A stretch of 64,000 bases of DNA from Spirochaetia bacterium (lineage in GTDB: Bacteria > Spirochaetota > Spirochaetia > UBA9216): assembly GCA_965140585.1 (NCBI GenBank), contig OZ223264.1, forward strand, positions 192,001-256,000, given 5' to 3'. The notes beneath the pieces are model-generated. The model worked only from the letters and a program-made list of their open reading frames with translations. It did no database searches and was not told where the DNA came from. The translations under genes were made by a program, and so were the position numbers. This document shows positions 43,444-53,355 of the stretch, piece after piece (the stretch's first letter is position 1; every line of letters begins with the position of its first letter).

Positions 43444-45573
43444 ATGGCAAAGCAGGCAATTTATCACATTAAAGCCAAAGATGAGACTCAGCAGGGAATA
43501 AACTCTGCAATTACTTCATTACGCAACATGGATAAGTCCATAGGTTCTGTAGGAAAGAATTTATCAGGTCTTATAAAATTTGGTGCGGTTGCTGGCGGTA
43601 TAAAACTTGTAGCCAATCAGATTAAACAAAATGTTACAGCAATTGGCACTCAGCAAAAAGCAGAACTTCAGTTAGCAAGGACGGTTCAAAACTCTCATTT
43701 AATAAATGGTCAGGGATTAAAAAATCTAAAAGCATACGCTTCTCAGCTACAGCAAAACTCAATCTACGGAGATGAGCTTCTTATCGGATTAGAAGCCCAG
43801 TTGGTTGCTCAAGGGAAGACAGAAGAACAGGTTAAGAAGATTATGCAGGCTTCAGTTGACCTGGCTTCTGCTGGTGTAATGCCGCTTGAAAGTGCTGTAA
43901 AGAACATGGCTAAAACCTACAGCGGAATGTCTGGTGAGTTAGGTGAATCAATTCCTGCTATCAAGGAACTTACTTCAGAGCAGATGAAAAACGGTGCTGC
44001 CGTTGAGCTTGTAGCTCAGAAGTATAAAGGGATGGCTGAGACTGTTGCCAGTGGAGTAGAAGGTCAGAAGGTTCAGTTATCAAACATCATTGGGGATATC
44101 AGAGAGAATCTTGGTGATATATGGATAAATGTTGTTGGTGATTTTAATTCAAAGATGTTACCGGTCTTCAGTCGTATCAATGACTGGATTACTGAGCATA
44201 AAGAACGGATTATAAATCTGTTTCTTAACTTTCCTGTTATTGCAAAACGCTCATTTCAGTTTGCCTTTGATTACCTCAAAGAGATATTCAGTCTTGATTA
44301 TCTAACGAGCCTTGGTTCTTTCATGTGGAAGATATATGAGTCTTTCTGTTATTCAACATTCAATACGATAGCCAATTATCTTTCAGCAATCGGAATCACA
44401 ATCTGGGAGCCTCTTAAATATGGATTTGAAATGGTTATCTATGGAATCAAATCTGTATTTGTCGGAGTCATAAACTATTTCATAAATAAACTTAATGCAC
44501 TGGCTGAAGGTGCTCACAATGTTGCTCAAACCATATTACACCCAATAGATAAATCAAAGAGAACCGAGTACACAGGCGGGATTGCAACTCTATCAACTCA
44601 GATTGAGAAGCCACAGAACAATGTAATTAACAATATCAAATCAGCATGGGTAACAGCGACAGAAAAGACAAAATCATCATTGGCTGAAAGTGTTGATTAT
44701 ATAAAAGAAGGGTTTGTAGATTTCAAGGAATCAACCAAGGACCTCTCTGTTATAACAGAAGGTTTTGTTGATGATATAAATGAAACTCTAAACACTCCTA
44801 TTACCTTAAACACAGATGCAATAACACAGGCAATCAGTTCAGGGATAAGTTCTACTGATACACCAGATGATAAAGCCTCAGAGGGTTTTGATAACAGTGC
44901 TGGTAATCTGACACTCTCTTTAATAAATGGGTTTATAACCGGAGATTGGGCACAGCTTATAACATCAGTTAAAGATTTGGTTTTATCAATTGAACCACTT
45001 AACATGGTCTTGGACCCGTTGCTGATAATTGTAAAACAGCTATTAGAAACAATCACACCTTCGATTTCAAATGTCTTAACTCCGCTTATTGGGGTGGTTG
45101 CTGCAGTCGGTGAATTACTTGGAACTTTGGTTGTTCCATTGCTTGATATGCTTGTTCCGGTATTAGACGGAGTTGTTCAGGCGTTTTTACTTTTATATAA
45201 CTACGGTCTTCGGTATCTGTTTGACGGGATTATCTGGGTGTTTAACTTCCTACATAATGTCGTTGTCTATATTGCAAACAGTATCATTGGATTTATAAAT
45301 AAAGTATTCAAGACCAATTATAAAACATACTCATATAAAGACACATCAACTGCCGATTACCTCCCAAAGATTACAGCTGAGTCAATTACAAGCAGCGGAT
45401 CATCCTATGTTTCTGATAACTCATCTTCAGGTGGTAATACAGCCACATATACAGGGGTAAGAGACATCTATGTCTATGTGACTTACAACGTTGGAATCTC
45501 AGCCCAAGACGATAAAGACATTGCTTTAAAGATTAGAGATTTAATAAAAGAACAGGAGAAGCTTGGTTATTAA
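43444..45573 (+). CDS. tail tape measure protein
   Basis: IKAKDET start, helical Ala/Ile-rich sequence with periodic W/F, YGDE. Confidence 0.9.
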   Translation: MAKQAIYHIKAKDETQQGINSAITSLRNMDKSIGSVGKNLSGLIKFGAVAGGIKLVANQIKQNVTAIGTQQKAELQLARTVQNSHLINGQGLKNLKAYASQLQQNSIYGDELLIGLEAQLVAQGKTEEQVKKIMQASVDLASAGVMPLESAVKNMAKTYSGMSGELGESIPAIKELTSEQMKNGAAVELVAQKYKGMAETVASGVEGQKVQLSNIIGDIRENLGDIWINVVGDFNSKMLPVFSRINDWITEHKERIINLFLNFPVIAKRSFQFAFDYLKEIFSLDYLTSLGSFMWKIYESFCYSTFNTIANYLSAIGITIWEPLKYGFEMVIYGIKSVFVGVINYFINKLNALAEGAHNVAQTILHPIDKSKRTEYTGGIATLSTQIEKPQNNVINNIKSAWVTATEKTKSSLAESVDYIKEGFVDFKESTKDLSVITEGFVDDINETLNTPITLNTDAITQAISSGISSTDTPDDKASEGFDNSAGNLTLSLINGFITGDWAQLITSVKDLVLSIEPLNMVLDPLLIIVKQLLETITPSISNVLTPLIGVVAAVGELLGTLVVPLLDMLVPVLDGVVQAFLLLYNYGLRYLFDGIIWVFNFLHNVVVYIANSIIGFINKVFKTNYKTYSYKDTSTADYLPKITAESITSSGSSYVSDNSSSGGNTATYTGVRDIYVYVTYNVGISAQDDKDIALKIRDLIKEQEKLGY

Positions 45574-48500
45574 TGTTAGCTTACGTTGATTTTGGTTCAG
45601 GTGAATCAAACATTTCAGATTATATAATATCTTCCTCATTCAAGCGGACACTTCAGCTATGTAATGAAGAATTGTGCTATGTAGTTAACAAATGCAGTTT
45701 TGAAATCAAAGGTTCAACGACTCTGAAACTTCAGATTATGAACAGCGATGATACAACAATCCGGATAACTGAAGACGATGGAACAGCGTATTTTAAAGGA
45801 AAGGTAAGAGGAACATTTGAAACCAAAATCAGTTCTCAGGTAGGTAACCTAAAGGTTGAGTTGGTCGATAATCTCGATGACATAACAGCAACTGTTGAGA
45901 CTGTTGATATATGGTCTGGGTATAAGATATGTGACAGTTCAAATACTTCGGCTTCTATACTGCATCAACTCTTTTATTTGGCTGGTTACTCTTCCTCTGA
46001 TTTGAGCCTTGTGGATGTCGATGTGACAATTCCATATTTCTATTTGGAAGAGGATACTGCAGTCATTGATATTATCAGTGATTTAACTTTTCAATACGGT
46101 CAGGTGATTAACTGTGAACTCGATGGAACATTTAAGAATTACAGTATCTACTATGATGATTTAACAACTTCTTCTTATCTCAACAATACCAACATCTATG
46201 GTGAGCTTGGAATCAAGAAAGTTGAAGAGAAGTACAAATCGGTCAAGGTAATATGGAATCCTATCGAGTATGCAGCAGACAAGGTTGTCTTTTCAGATAT
46301 TACAAACGGAACAACTTTATTGCAATGTAATATTGAATTAGAACCTTCTCAGTATTACCAAGATGATGATGAGATATTTGCCAACTATACCTACAATGAT
46401 GAAGAGCTTGTCTATGTAGAAAATGCCTCTTTGGATATCAGCTGTGATGCTGATATTTCCTACTCAATAACTGAGGCTCCTAAGGGGGCTTATCTTTCTA
46501 TTCAGAATACAAACTCAACAATCAATGAGAACATTACAAAACTCGATATCACAGGTGATGTATATTATAAAGGTGCACAGCACACTGAATATTCTTCAAA
46601 CATTAGTGACACCAAAGATATAGAAGAGATTGAAGCCTCTTACATTTTTGAAGAGGCTTATGCTCAGAATCTTGCGAGTTATCATGCTGTTTACTACAAG
46701 TATTCTGATTTCAAATACACTGCCAAATCCAAAGACTATTATCCTATTGGGACACTTGTCCTGATAAACGAAACAGCATTTACCAACCTTGATGTTACTG
46801 GATTTGTCTCTCAGATTGTTGATGATGGAACTGGCTACTATACTTATACAATCTATTCAGTAAGTGAGTTCTCAGCACAGCCTATTACAACCAAAGTAAG
46901 TACAATCTCAAAGACCAACACCCAGATTTCAATTCCTACTATTGTTGAGGAAGTTTCAAATAATATTACCGTTGAAGGTGTTCCGACGTACAATGAGATA
47001 AACACAGGAGCTTCGTTGTTAAATGAAGGTTCTGCAACGACAACAATACCTGATGTGCCGACTGTTGTGGTTGAAGAATATTATAAATCACTCAGGATTG
47101 TTTACGATGTTCAAGACAACCTTTCAAACTTTAGCCACTATGAGATTCAGGTTTCAGCTGATGAATCAAATTGGTATTCATTGGCTTCAGGTTCAAATTG
47201 GAAAGATACTCTTAATGATACTACAGCTACTATTTTCTATTATCATACTCATGCAGGCATTCCTAACTCTGGAACAAGCCAAGAACCTACAGGAACAACT
47301 CTCTCATATAGAGTAAGACGTGTTACTTCTGCCAATGTTGAAAGTGATTGGTCAGATGTAGTAACAGGCACAACCAAGATTATCGAGACAGGTGATGTTG
47401 CTGCATCTTCAATAACTGCGGACAAGATAGAAGCTGGTTCAATCACATCTGATAAGTTATCAACAGACTTATTACAGACACAGATTGCACAGGTCAGCGG
47501 AAGTATCACTATTGATAGTTCTTATGGGTTTGTTGGGGTTGATAATGATACAAAGAGAAGAGTCTACCTCGATACTGATGAAGTGGTCGTCGAACAATAT
47601 AACGAAACAACTGGTGATAGTGTTGTTCAATGTAGAATGGGTGGAAAGATAAAAGGTGCACCTTCATCTTATATAATCGGAAATGGTTTAATTAAAAATG
47701 AAAATGTAGAGATTCCAACAGCAATCCCAGACACTACTTATAAATTCACATTTGAAACAGATTTCTCAGATACGACTGCTACTTATTATTTCTCAAATGA
47801 TACAGAAACAACACCAACTATAGATACATCAAAATATGTTTTTGGGACTCACTCCATGAAGCTTGTTTCAACTAATGGAGAATCTTCTGTTTCCGATTGG
47901 TTTATACCAACATGGACAGGTGGTAATCCATTCTTCTTTGCATCATATTTCTACATTCCTACTGGAACTACAGCTCACTTCTCTTTTCAAGTTGGAGCTG
48001 TGTATATGGATTGTGTGCATTTAGGTATTTCTACACTTTCGGGTTGGGCTGATGGGTATGTTACTAAAGATGGTGTTGATTGTGGTGCAACAGGAACAAT
48101 TGACATTCCATATGATGAATGGTTTCTCTGTGCAATAAGTTATGACCCTGTTTTAGATACATTAAGTGTATCAGTGAATGATAATTATATAACTGCAAGT
48201 ATTGATAATTCAACAGCTTGGGCTGGTTCAACAGATTATATGATGGGAAACATTATTTATTGGAATGATACCAGTGAAAGTATTTACATGGATGAAACTG
48301 TCTTGGATGTTGAAACTTTTATAGATATTAGTGAGGCAATTAAACAATACTCAAGAACTGAGACATGGAACATTGGTGAAGATATAAGTGATAACCTTTA
48401 TTTGATACCAGGAGAAGGCGGTTCTGTAATAATTGGTGGTGACATAACATTCTCAAATGCTTTTACGCTTACGGATGCAGAGATAACAACATTAAATACC

Positions 48501-49127
48501 ACAACGTTGAATTCAACAAATATAAATGGAACTCAAATATGTGCTGGGTATGACCCGAATGTTGATAACTCTGTTAGTTGTTCAAATTGGTTTCGTTCAT
48601 CAGGAAATACTGGGTGGTATAACGCTACTTATGCTGGTGGACTTTATATGGTGGATACAACATATGTTCGGACTTATAACGGAAAGTATTTTTATGCAAA
48701 CAGAGTTTATGGTGCTGTTGGTAATGACTATGCAGATGCCATAGAAATTGATGAAGAGTTGAATGTTGATTTTGGCTATGTCTATGTTAGAACTGCTGAA
48801 GGTAAAACAAGAAAGTCAACCAAATATGCAGAAAAAGGGATCATCGGAATAACTACAAATACCCAGTCTTTTACTGCTCATTCTTATGATGGAGAAAAAG
48901 ACAGATTACCAATTTCAGTTTCAGGATTTGTATTGGCTCATACAGATAGAATTTATAAATCAGGAACACCTCTTACTTCATCAAAAAATGGATTACTTAC
49001 TAAGGCTAGTCTGATTACTCGTGTCTTTAAACCTGAAAGAGTTATAGCAACGTTTTATAAAGAGATAAGTCAAAATACTTGGAATGATGTTGATGTAAAT
49101 AAAAGAAATATAGTGAGAGTTAAATAA
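45573..49127 (+). CDS. tail tip/fibre protein (FN3-like, LamG-like and fibre segments)
   Basis: YRVRRV..SDWS, SITADKI repeats, LamG-like block, NWFRSSGNTGWY fibre motif, NDYADA tail. Confidence 0.8.
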   Translation: MLAYVDFGSGESNISDYIISSSFKRTLQLCNEELCYVVNKCSFEIKGSTTLKLQIMNSDDTTIRITEDDGTAYFKGKVRGTFETKISSQVGNLKVELVDNLDDITATVETVDIWSGYKICDSSNTSASILHQLFYLAGYSSSDLSLVDVDVTIPYFYLEEDTAVIDIISDLTFQYGQVINCELDGTFKNYSIYYDDLTTSSYLNNTNIYGELGIKKVEEKYKSVKVIWNPIEYAADKVVFSDITNGTTLLQCNIELEPSQYYQDDDEIFANYTYNDEELVYVENASLDISCDADISYSITEAPKGAYLSIQNTNSTINENITKLDITGDVYYKGAQHTEYSSNISDTKDIEEIEASYIFEEAYAQNLASYHAVYYKYSDFKYTAKSKDYYPIGTLVLINETAFTNLDVTGFVSQIVDDGTGYYTYTIYSVSEFSAQPITTKVSTISKTNTQISIPTIVEEVSNNITVEGVPTYNEINTGASLLNEGSATTTIPDVPTVVVEEYYKSLRIVYDVQDNLSNFSHYEIQVSADESNWYSLASGSNWKDTLNDTTATIFYYHTHAGIPNSGTSQEPTGTTLSYRVRRVTSANVESDWSDVVTGTTKIIETGDVAASSITADKIEAGSITSDKLSTDLLQTQIAQVSGSITIDSSYGFVGVDNDTKRRVYLDTDEVVVEQYNETTGDSVVQCRMGGKIKGAPSSYIIGNGLIKNENVEIPTAIPDTTYKFTFETDFSDTTATYYFSNDTETTPTIDTSKYVFGTHSMKLVSTNGESSVSDWFIPTWTGGNPFFFASYFYIPTGTTAHFSFQVGAVYMDCVHLGISTLSGWADGYVTKDGVDCGATGTIDIPYDEWFLCAISYDPVLDTLSVSVNDNYITASIDNSTAWAGSTDYMMGNIIYWNDTSESIYMDETVLDVETFIDISEAIKQYSRTETWNIGEDISDNLYLIPGEGGSVIIGGDITFSNAFTLTDAEITTLNTTTLNSTNINGTQICAGYDPNVDNSVSCSNWFRSSGNTGWYNATYAGGLYMVDTTYVRTYNGKYFYANRVYGAVGNDYADAIEIDEELNVDFGYVYVRTAEGKTRKSTKYAEKGIIGITTNTQSFTAHSYDGEKDRLPISVSGFVLAHTDRIYKSGTPLTSSKNGLLTKASLITRVFKPERVIATFYKEISQNTWNDVDVNKRNIVRVK

Positions 49128-49639
49128 TGTCAGGTGAAACATTGGTTACTGATTCAAAATTCAGTCATTACTCATCCAGTTCATTTTCTGTTGGATCATC
49201 AGCTTATACATACGTACAAAGATTTGGTAGAGGTAATAGAGGTTATATGAATGGAACACCAAGAAGCAATATCTTCACTGATGATAGCTTTATTATGAGA
49301 ATCTATTACTACTCAGGAGGATGGGTTCAATCTGCATCAGCAGTTTGTTCTACTGATGGAACAGCCGTTGGTCTTTATTGTTCTTCAACAGATAGTTATA
49401 GAACCAGATGGTATTTTCTTTGGGATGCAAGGCCGTATGGTGATGGTAAAGCATATTTTGCTGGATATGGCAGAGTGGGGACTGCATACGCAATTAATCA
49501 CTCATCTTATCCTAGAGGAAAAAATCTTGCTTTGTATCGAATCACAAACTTTGGTTGTGATACTTCTAACACTTCAGCAACATCCGATAGTTCAACAGCA
49601 ATAACTACAGCACATTATGTATGTACAAAATATCAATAG
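49127..49639 (+). CDS. putative tail/receptor-binding accessory protein
   Basis: TAATG coupling to fibre gene; S/Y/G-rich. Confidence 0.55.
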   Translation: MSGETLVTDSKFSHYSSSSFSVGSSAYTYVQRFGRGNRGYMNGTPRSNIFTDDSFIMRIYYYSGGWVQSASAVCSTDGTAVGLYCSSTDSYRTRWYFLWDARPYGDGKAYFAGYGRVGTAYAINHSSYPRGKNLALYRITNFGCDTSNTSATSDSSTAITTAHYVCTKYQ

Positions 49640-49651
49640 GAGATTTTAAAA

Positions 49652-50089
49652 ATGGCTTTACTCGTAGATTTAAAAGCAGATAGTAATTACTCACAAATAG
49701 ATTTAACTGATGTCTATGTTCGTATAGATAGAGTTCAGATACAACCCAAGTTTGGGATTATGAAAATGACAGTAGAGGGTTATATCAGTCCTGATGTCTC
49801 GTCTGTTATTAGAGGAATTGAACAAGCACAGACAACCTTTGCTTCTAATTTCTTTGAAGAGGTGGGGAGTGATATTATTTCAGGCAGTTTGTATAACTCT
49901 GTCCAAGAAGAACGGAGTATGTTAGAACCACCTCCATTCACACAAGATTATCCAGTAGCACTATTCAATGATGTATTTACTGTAAGGCTAACTGAAGAGA
50001 CTGCTTCAACTTCTGTAGATGACCTTTATCCCATCTTATATGAAATGCTTAAAACAGAAACAAGATTTCAGAATGTCAGGGATGCTTGA
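49652..50089 (+). CDS. putative tail fibre assembly protein
   Basis: AGGAG SD; YVRIDRV...LYEMLKT pattern; position. Confidence 0.5.
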   Translation: MALLVDLKADSNYSQIDLTDVYVRIDRVQIQPKFGIMKMTVEGYISPDVSSVIRGIEQAQTTFASNFFEEVGSDIISGSLYNSVQEERSMLEPPPFTQDYPVALFNDVFTVRLTEETASTSVDDLYPILYEMLKTETRFQNVRDA

Positions 50090-50478
50090 TGGAAGAGGAG
50101 AGAAGAAAAGACAGAATTGATTTTCAAACTTATATGGAGGTTTTGGTGAGCAACGTAAAAGAAACTGTCAAAATAGAACTGACCTCTGTAAAGCAGGAAA
50201 TCAAGAACTTGGAAGAGAAGGTAATTACTCGCATTGACCTTCATGAAAAAGAAAGCGGTAACAAGATAACAAACATTGAAGAAGAGTTGGACTGTCTTAA
50301 AACCAAGGTCTCAAGTATTGAAAACAGAGTTGAAGCTTTGGAGTTGAAACCTATCAAGGATAATTCTGAGACAATAGAAAAGTTTAAATCAACATTCAAA
50401 AAGATTCTGTATACCACATTAGCAGGAGGGATAATCACTTTTATTTTGTATTTAATAAAAATGTTTTTAGGTGTTTAA
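50086..50478 (+). CDS. coiled-coil protein with C-terminal TM (holin/XhlA-like)
   Basis: heptad repeats and one C-terminal TM at start of lysis region. Confidence 0.55.
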   Translation: MMEEERRKDRIDFQTYMEVLVSNVKETVKIELTSVKQEIKNLEEKVITRIDLHEKESGNKITNIEEELDCLKTKVSSIENRVEALELKPIKDNSETIEKFKSTFKKILYTTLAGGIITFILYLIKMFLGV

Positions 50479-50944
50479 AATGTATATATTTCAAAATCAC
50501 AACGACCTGTATCCAGTTATTCAGGATGTGGGTTGTTACTTTCGGTCATGCCTTCATATTGCCGAGTTAGAAAGTCACAAGATTCTATCACCAACTCAGA
50601 TAAATAGATTATGGGATAAGGCAAATAGTTTAGGACAGATTATTGATTCTAATCTTAAAAAGCCAGGTCCGTTAATTGAACTTGGTTGCAAGGAGCTTGG
50701 ATTAGATAGGACTGCCTTTGATGTCGCAATCTTCAAGTATGGTCAGATTGATTATTATGGTTGGGTTAAATCACATCCTCAATACAAGAATTATAAATAC
50801 CTGATTCAGAAAGTTCAGACTGTAAATGATCATGAACATTATAGGGTTGTAGATGTATTTGGCAATGTAATATTTGACCCATATCATCCATCACCTGAAG
50901 TTAGCTTTATTTATAGTTCTATTCTGTTCTATGTAGGAGCTTGA
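50471..50944 (+). CDS. DUF261-like protein, candidate endolysin
   Basis: FQN..L...IQDVGCYFRSC...HYRV...FDP resembles Borrelia cp32 DUF261 (recall); Cys/His/Asp pattern. Confidence 0.65.
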   Translation: MFKMYIFQNHNDLYPVIQDVGCYFRSCLHIAELESHKILSPTQINRLWDKANSLGQIIDSNLKKPGPLIELGCKELGLDRTAFDVAIFKYGQIDYYGWVKSHPQYKNYKYLIQKVQTVNDHEHYRVVDVFGNVIFDPYHPSPEVSFIYSSILFYVGA

Positions 50945-51307
50945 ATGGATGGTAAGAAAGTTATTATCAATATTACTTGCACTCTTGTTGTTTCAGCCTG
51001 CCTATACTTGGGCGGATTCTTTACTGCCAGAAGTATCTATAGTCGAGCAGTTGACGAATGTAATATTTCAATTGCAGAAAGTACAGAACGATATAACCAG
51101 TTATCAGAAGCTTATACAAGAATTACAGAAATCAATTCAGACTTACAAGGCAGACTCGATTCAAGCATCTTTGAAGCTGAAAGAGCAACAGGCATTATTA
51201 AATCAATATCAGAAGGACTTGGAAGCACATCAGGAGACATACAATCAATTATTGAATGCCTACAACGAATTGTTGAACAGATTAGAGAATATGAAGGTTG
51301 TGAATAA
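50945..51307 (+). CDS. i-spanin-like protein (N-terminal TM + coiled coil)
   Basis: AGGAG SD, TM then heptads; in lysis cassette. Confidence 0.6.
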   Translation: MDGKKVIINITCTLVVSACLYLGGFFTARSIYSRAVDECNISIAESTERYNQLSEAYTRITEINSDLQGRLDSSIFEAERATGIIKSISEGLGSTSGDIQSIIECLQRIVEQIREYEGCE

Positions 51308-51380
51308 TATCTTAATCGGGACAACTGTCTCATTTGGCTTATTTGTAATCATTAAAGGTTTTATCATATGGAAAAGTTAA
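50949..51380 (+). CDS. overlapping spanin-like partner (signal peptide + coiled coil + C-terminal TM)
   Basis: MVRKLLSILLALLLFQPAYTWA signal; Q/L heptads; +1 frame over 50945 ORF. Confidence 0.6.
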   Translation: MVRKLLSILLALLLFQPAYTWADSLLPEVSIVEQLTNVIFQLQKVQNDITSYQKLIQELQKSIQTYKADSIQASLKLKEQQALLNQYQKDLEAHQETYNQLLNAYNELLNRLENMKVVNNILIGTTVSFGLFVIIKGFIIWKS

Positions 51381-51541
51381 AAAGCAGAAAATTTATTACA
51401 TGGATTGTAACAACTCTACTTTGCATAATCTCAGTTTTTATAACTAAGACTATATCTCCAGAATTGATAAACTGCTATACAGTGATAACAGTTTTATATA
51501 TTGGAGGGAATACAGTTTCTAAGTATTTTGAGAAACGATAA
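51368..51541 (+). CDS. holin, 57 aa
   Basis: MEKLKSRKF + two TM + YIGGN; below ORF-track cutoff. Confidence 0.75.
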   Translation: MEKLKSRKFITWIVTTLLCIISVFITKTISPELINCYTVITVLYIGGNTVSKYFEKR

Positions 51542-51544
51542 TGT

Positions 51545-51988
51545 TTAGGGTATCTCGATTGATGTTGAAGAACTTTTTATCCAATTGTCAAGTTGCTCGA
51601 TTACTGATTTAATTTCAGAGGGTTTTTTCTTCTTGATTGCACATTCCCATATTATTGCTATCCGCCAGCCTTTACTTTTTAAATTCCGAATATTTGTACT
51701 ATCTCTTTCTACATTCTCTTGTAATTTTTTTTGCCAAAATTCTGTTCTGGTTTTTGGTAGTACAAAAAGAGGGCAGTTGTGCATATGCCAAAAGCAACCG
51801 TGAACAAAAATGACTACTTTATGTTTGGTTAATACAATATCAGGTTTACCGGGTAATTTTTTTGAATGTAGAGAATATCGATATCCAGAAGCAAATAAAC
51901 CTTTTCGAATTACAAGTTCAGGTTTTGTATTTTTAGCTTTAATACCACTCATCATTTTTGAACGAGTGGCAGGCGATACAATATCCAT
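51545..51988 (-). CDS. vsr: very short patch repair endonuclease
   Basis: RSKMMSGIKAKNTKPE, LPGKPD, FVHGCFWH, IWEC. Confidence 0.96.
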   Translation of the reverse strand: MDIVSPATRSKMMSGIKAKNTKPELVIRKGLFASGYRYSLHSKKLPGKPDIVLTKHKVVIFVHGCFWHMHNCPLFVLPKTRTEFWQKKLQENVERDSTNIRNLKSKGWRIAIIWECAIKKKKPSEIKSVIEQLDNWIKSSSTSIEIP

Positions 51989-53235
51989 TATTTTACAAGC
52001 ACTAAATCTTCATGCTTTTTCATTGCATTGATAACAATCGGTTTAATAACTTTAGCAACTTCAGAAAAAACAGGGACAACTACACTATTACCAAATTGCT
52101 TATATGCTCTAGTGTCGGAAACCGGAATGTCGAAACTGTCATCAAACCCCATTAATCTGGCACATTCTCTGGGCGTTAGCCGTCTTGGGTTTTTGTTTTT
52201 TTGGTGAACTAAAATTTCTGAACCATCTTTATAATATCTGGCAGATAGAGTTCTGGAAACGTCGTTTTCTTTAACAAGGCCAAATCCAAATCCATTTCCT
52301 TTTGCTCTATGTTTCTCGGCATAGTTTTGTAAATAAGCCCAAAGTTTATCTGTTAAAGTATATTTGTCATGTACCTTGTTATTTTTATGGTCAAAATATT
52401 TATCCTTATCATGTTCAAGGAAAAGTTCAGAACCATCTGTTTTGTGAAGGATGCTACCAATCTTAACTTGCCCTTTTGGTGGATAGTTTAACATATCCCA
52501 GTCAAACTCAGCTTCATTTTTGAATCCAACAATAATTATTCTTTCTCTATGTTGTGGTACCCAATGTTGTCCATCTATTATGTGGGGATAGACATTGTAT
52601 TCTAATTCTTCTCGAAGTGTTCGCATAATTACTTTAAAGGTGTTCCCTTTATCATGTGATTTTAGATTCTTCACATTTTCAAGAACGAAAGCTTCTGGTC
52701 TTTTAGCATCGATTATTCGAGCTACATCGAAGAAAAGAGTTCCTTGTGTTTCATCTTCGAAACCATGCAATCTTCCAAGAGATATTTTTTTTGACACTCC
52801 AGCTATTGAGAATGGCTGGCAAGGGAATCCTGCCAATAATACATTGTGGTCTGGAATCTCTGACACCTCAACTTTTGTTATGTCTCCGTTTAAGAGTTCA
52901 CCATCTCTATAATTTGCAGCATAGGTTTTCTGAGCATATGAATCCCATTCAGAAGTAAAGACACATTCACCACCAGCTTTTTCAAAGGCATTTCTAATCC
53001 CGCCAATTCCTGCAAATAAATCTATAAATTTGAATTCACCATTAGTCTTTTTACCGATAGTTTGTGCTGAAATCAATTTCTGTAATCTATCAACAACATA
53101 ATCTTTTGGTTCAGATTCATTTTTTAACCAACGTGTGACTGTACTTACATTTACATCAAGTTCGTCAGCAATCTCTCGTTTAGTATAATAATTTAATGCA
53201 TTAGACAGATAATCGATAGTTTTGACTGTGCTCAT
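51988..53235 (-). CDS. dcm: Dcm/M.EcoRII-like C5 methyltransferase with N-terminal HTH
   Basis: DLFAGIGG, AGFPCQPFS, LENVKNL, PQHRER, RTLSARYYKDGSEIL, QFGNSVV. Confidence 0.93.
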   Translation of the reverse strand: MSTVKTIDYLSNALNYYTKREIADELDVNVSTVTRWLKNESEPKDYVVDRLQKLISAQTIGKKTNGEFKFIDLFAGIGGIRNAFEKAGGECVFTSEWDSYAQKTYAANYRDGELLNGDITKVEVSEIPDHNVLLAGFPCQPFSIAGVSKKISLGRLHGFEDETQGTLFFDVARIIDAKRPEAFVLENVKNLKSHDKGNTFKVIMRTLREELEYNVYPHIIDGQHWVPQHRERIIIVGFKNEAEFDWDMLNYPPKGQVKIGSILHKTDGSELFLEHDKDKYFDHKNNKVHDKYTLTDKLWAYLQNYAEKHRAKGNGFGFGLVKENDVSRTLSARYYKDGSEILVHQKNKNPRRLTPRECARLMGFDDSFDIPVSDTRAYKQFGNSVVVPVFSEVAKVIKPIVINAMKKHEDLVLVK

Positions 53236-53355
53236 GAAATCCCCTCCCTGGGAACATATATTGCATTATGCACTATTTATTCCCAGATGAACAGGTTTAT
53301 TTTGAGTTAATTCCTCAGAAATGTCAATTATTATAAAGATTATATATGAATGGAC

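Noticed and set aside
45573-49639. Possible DGR or shufflon acting on the tail fibre
   Set aside because: No reverse transcriptase, TR/VR pair or invertase with inverted sites seen
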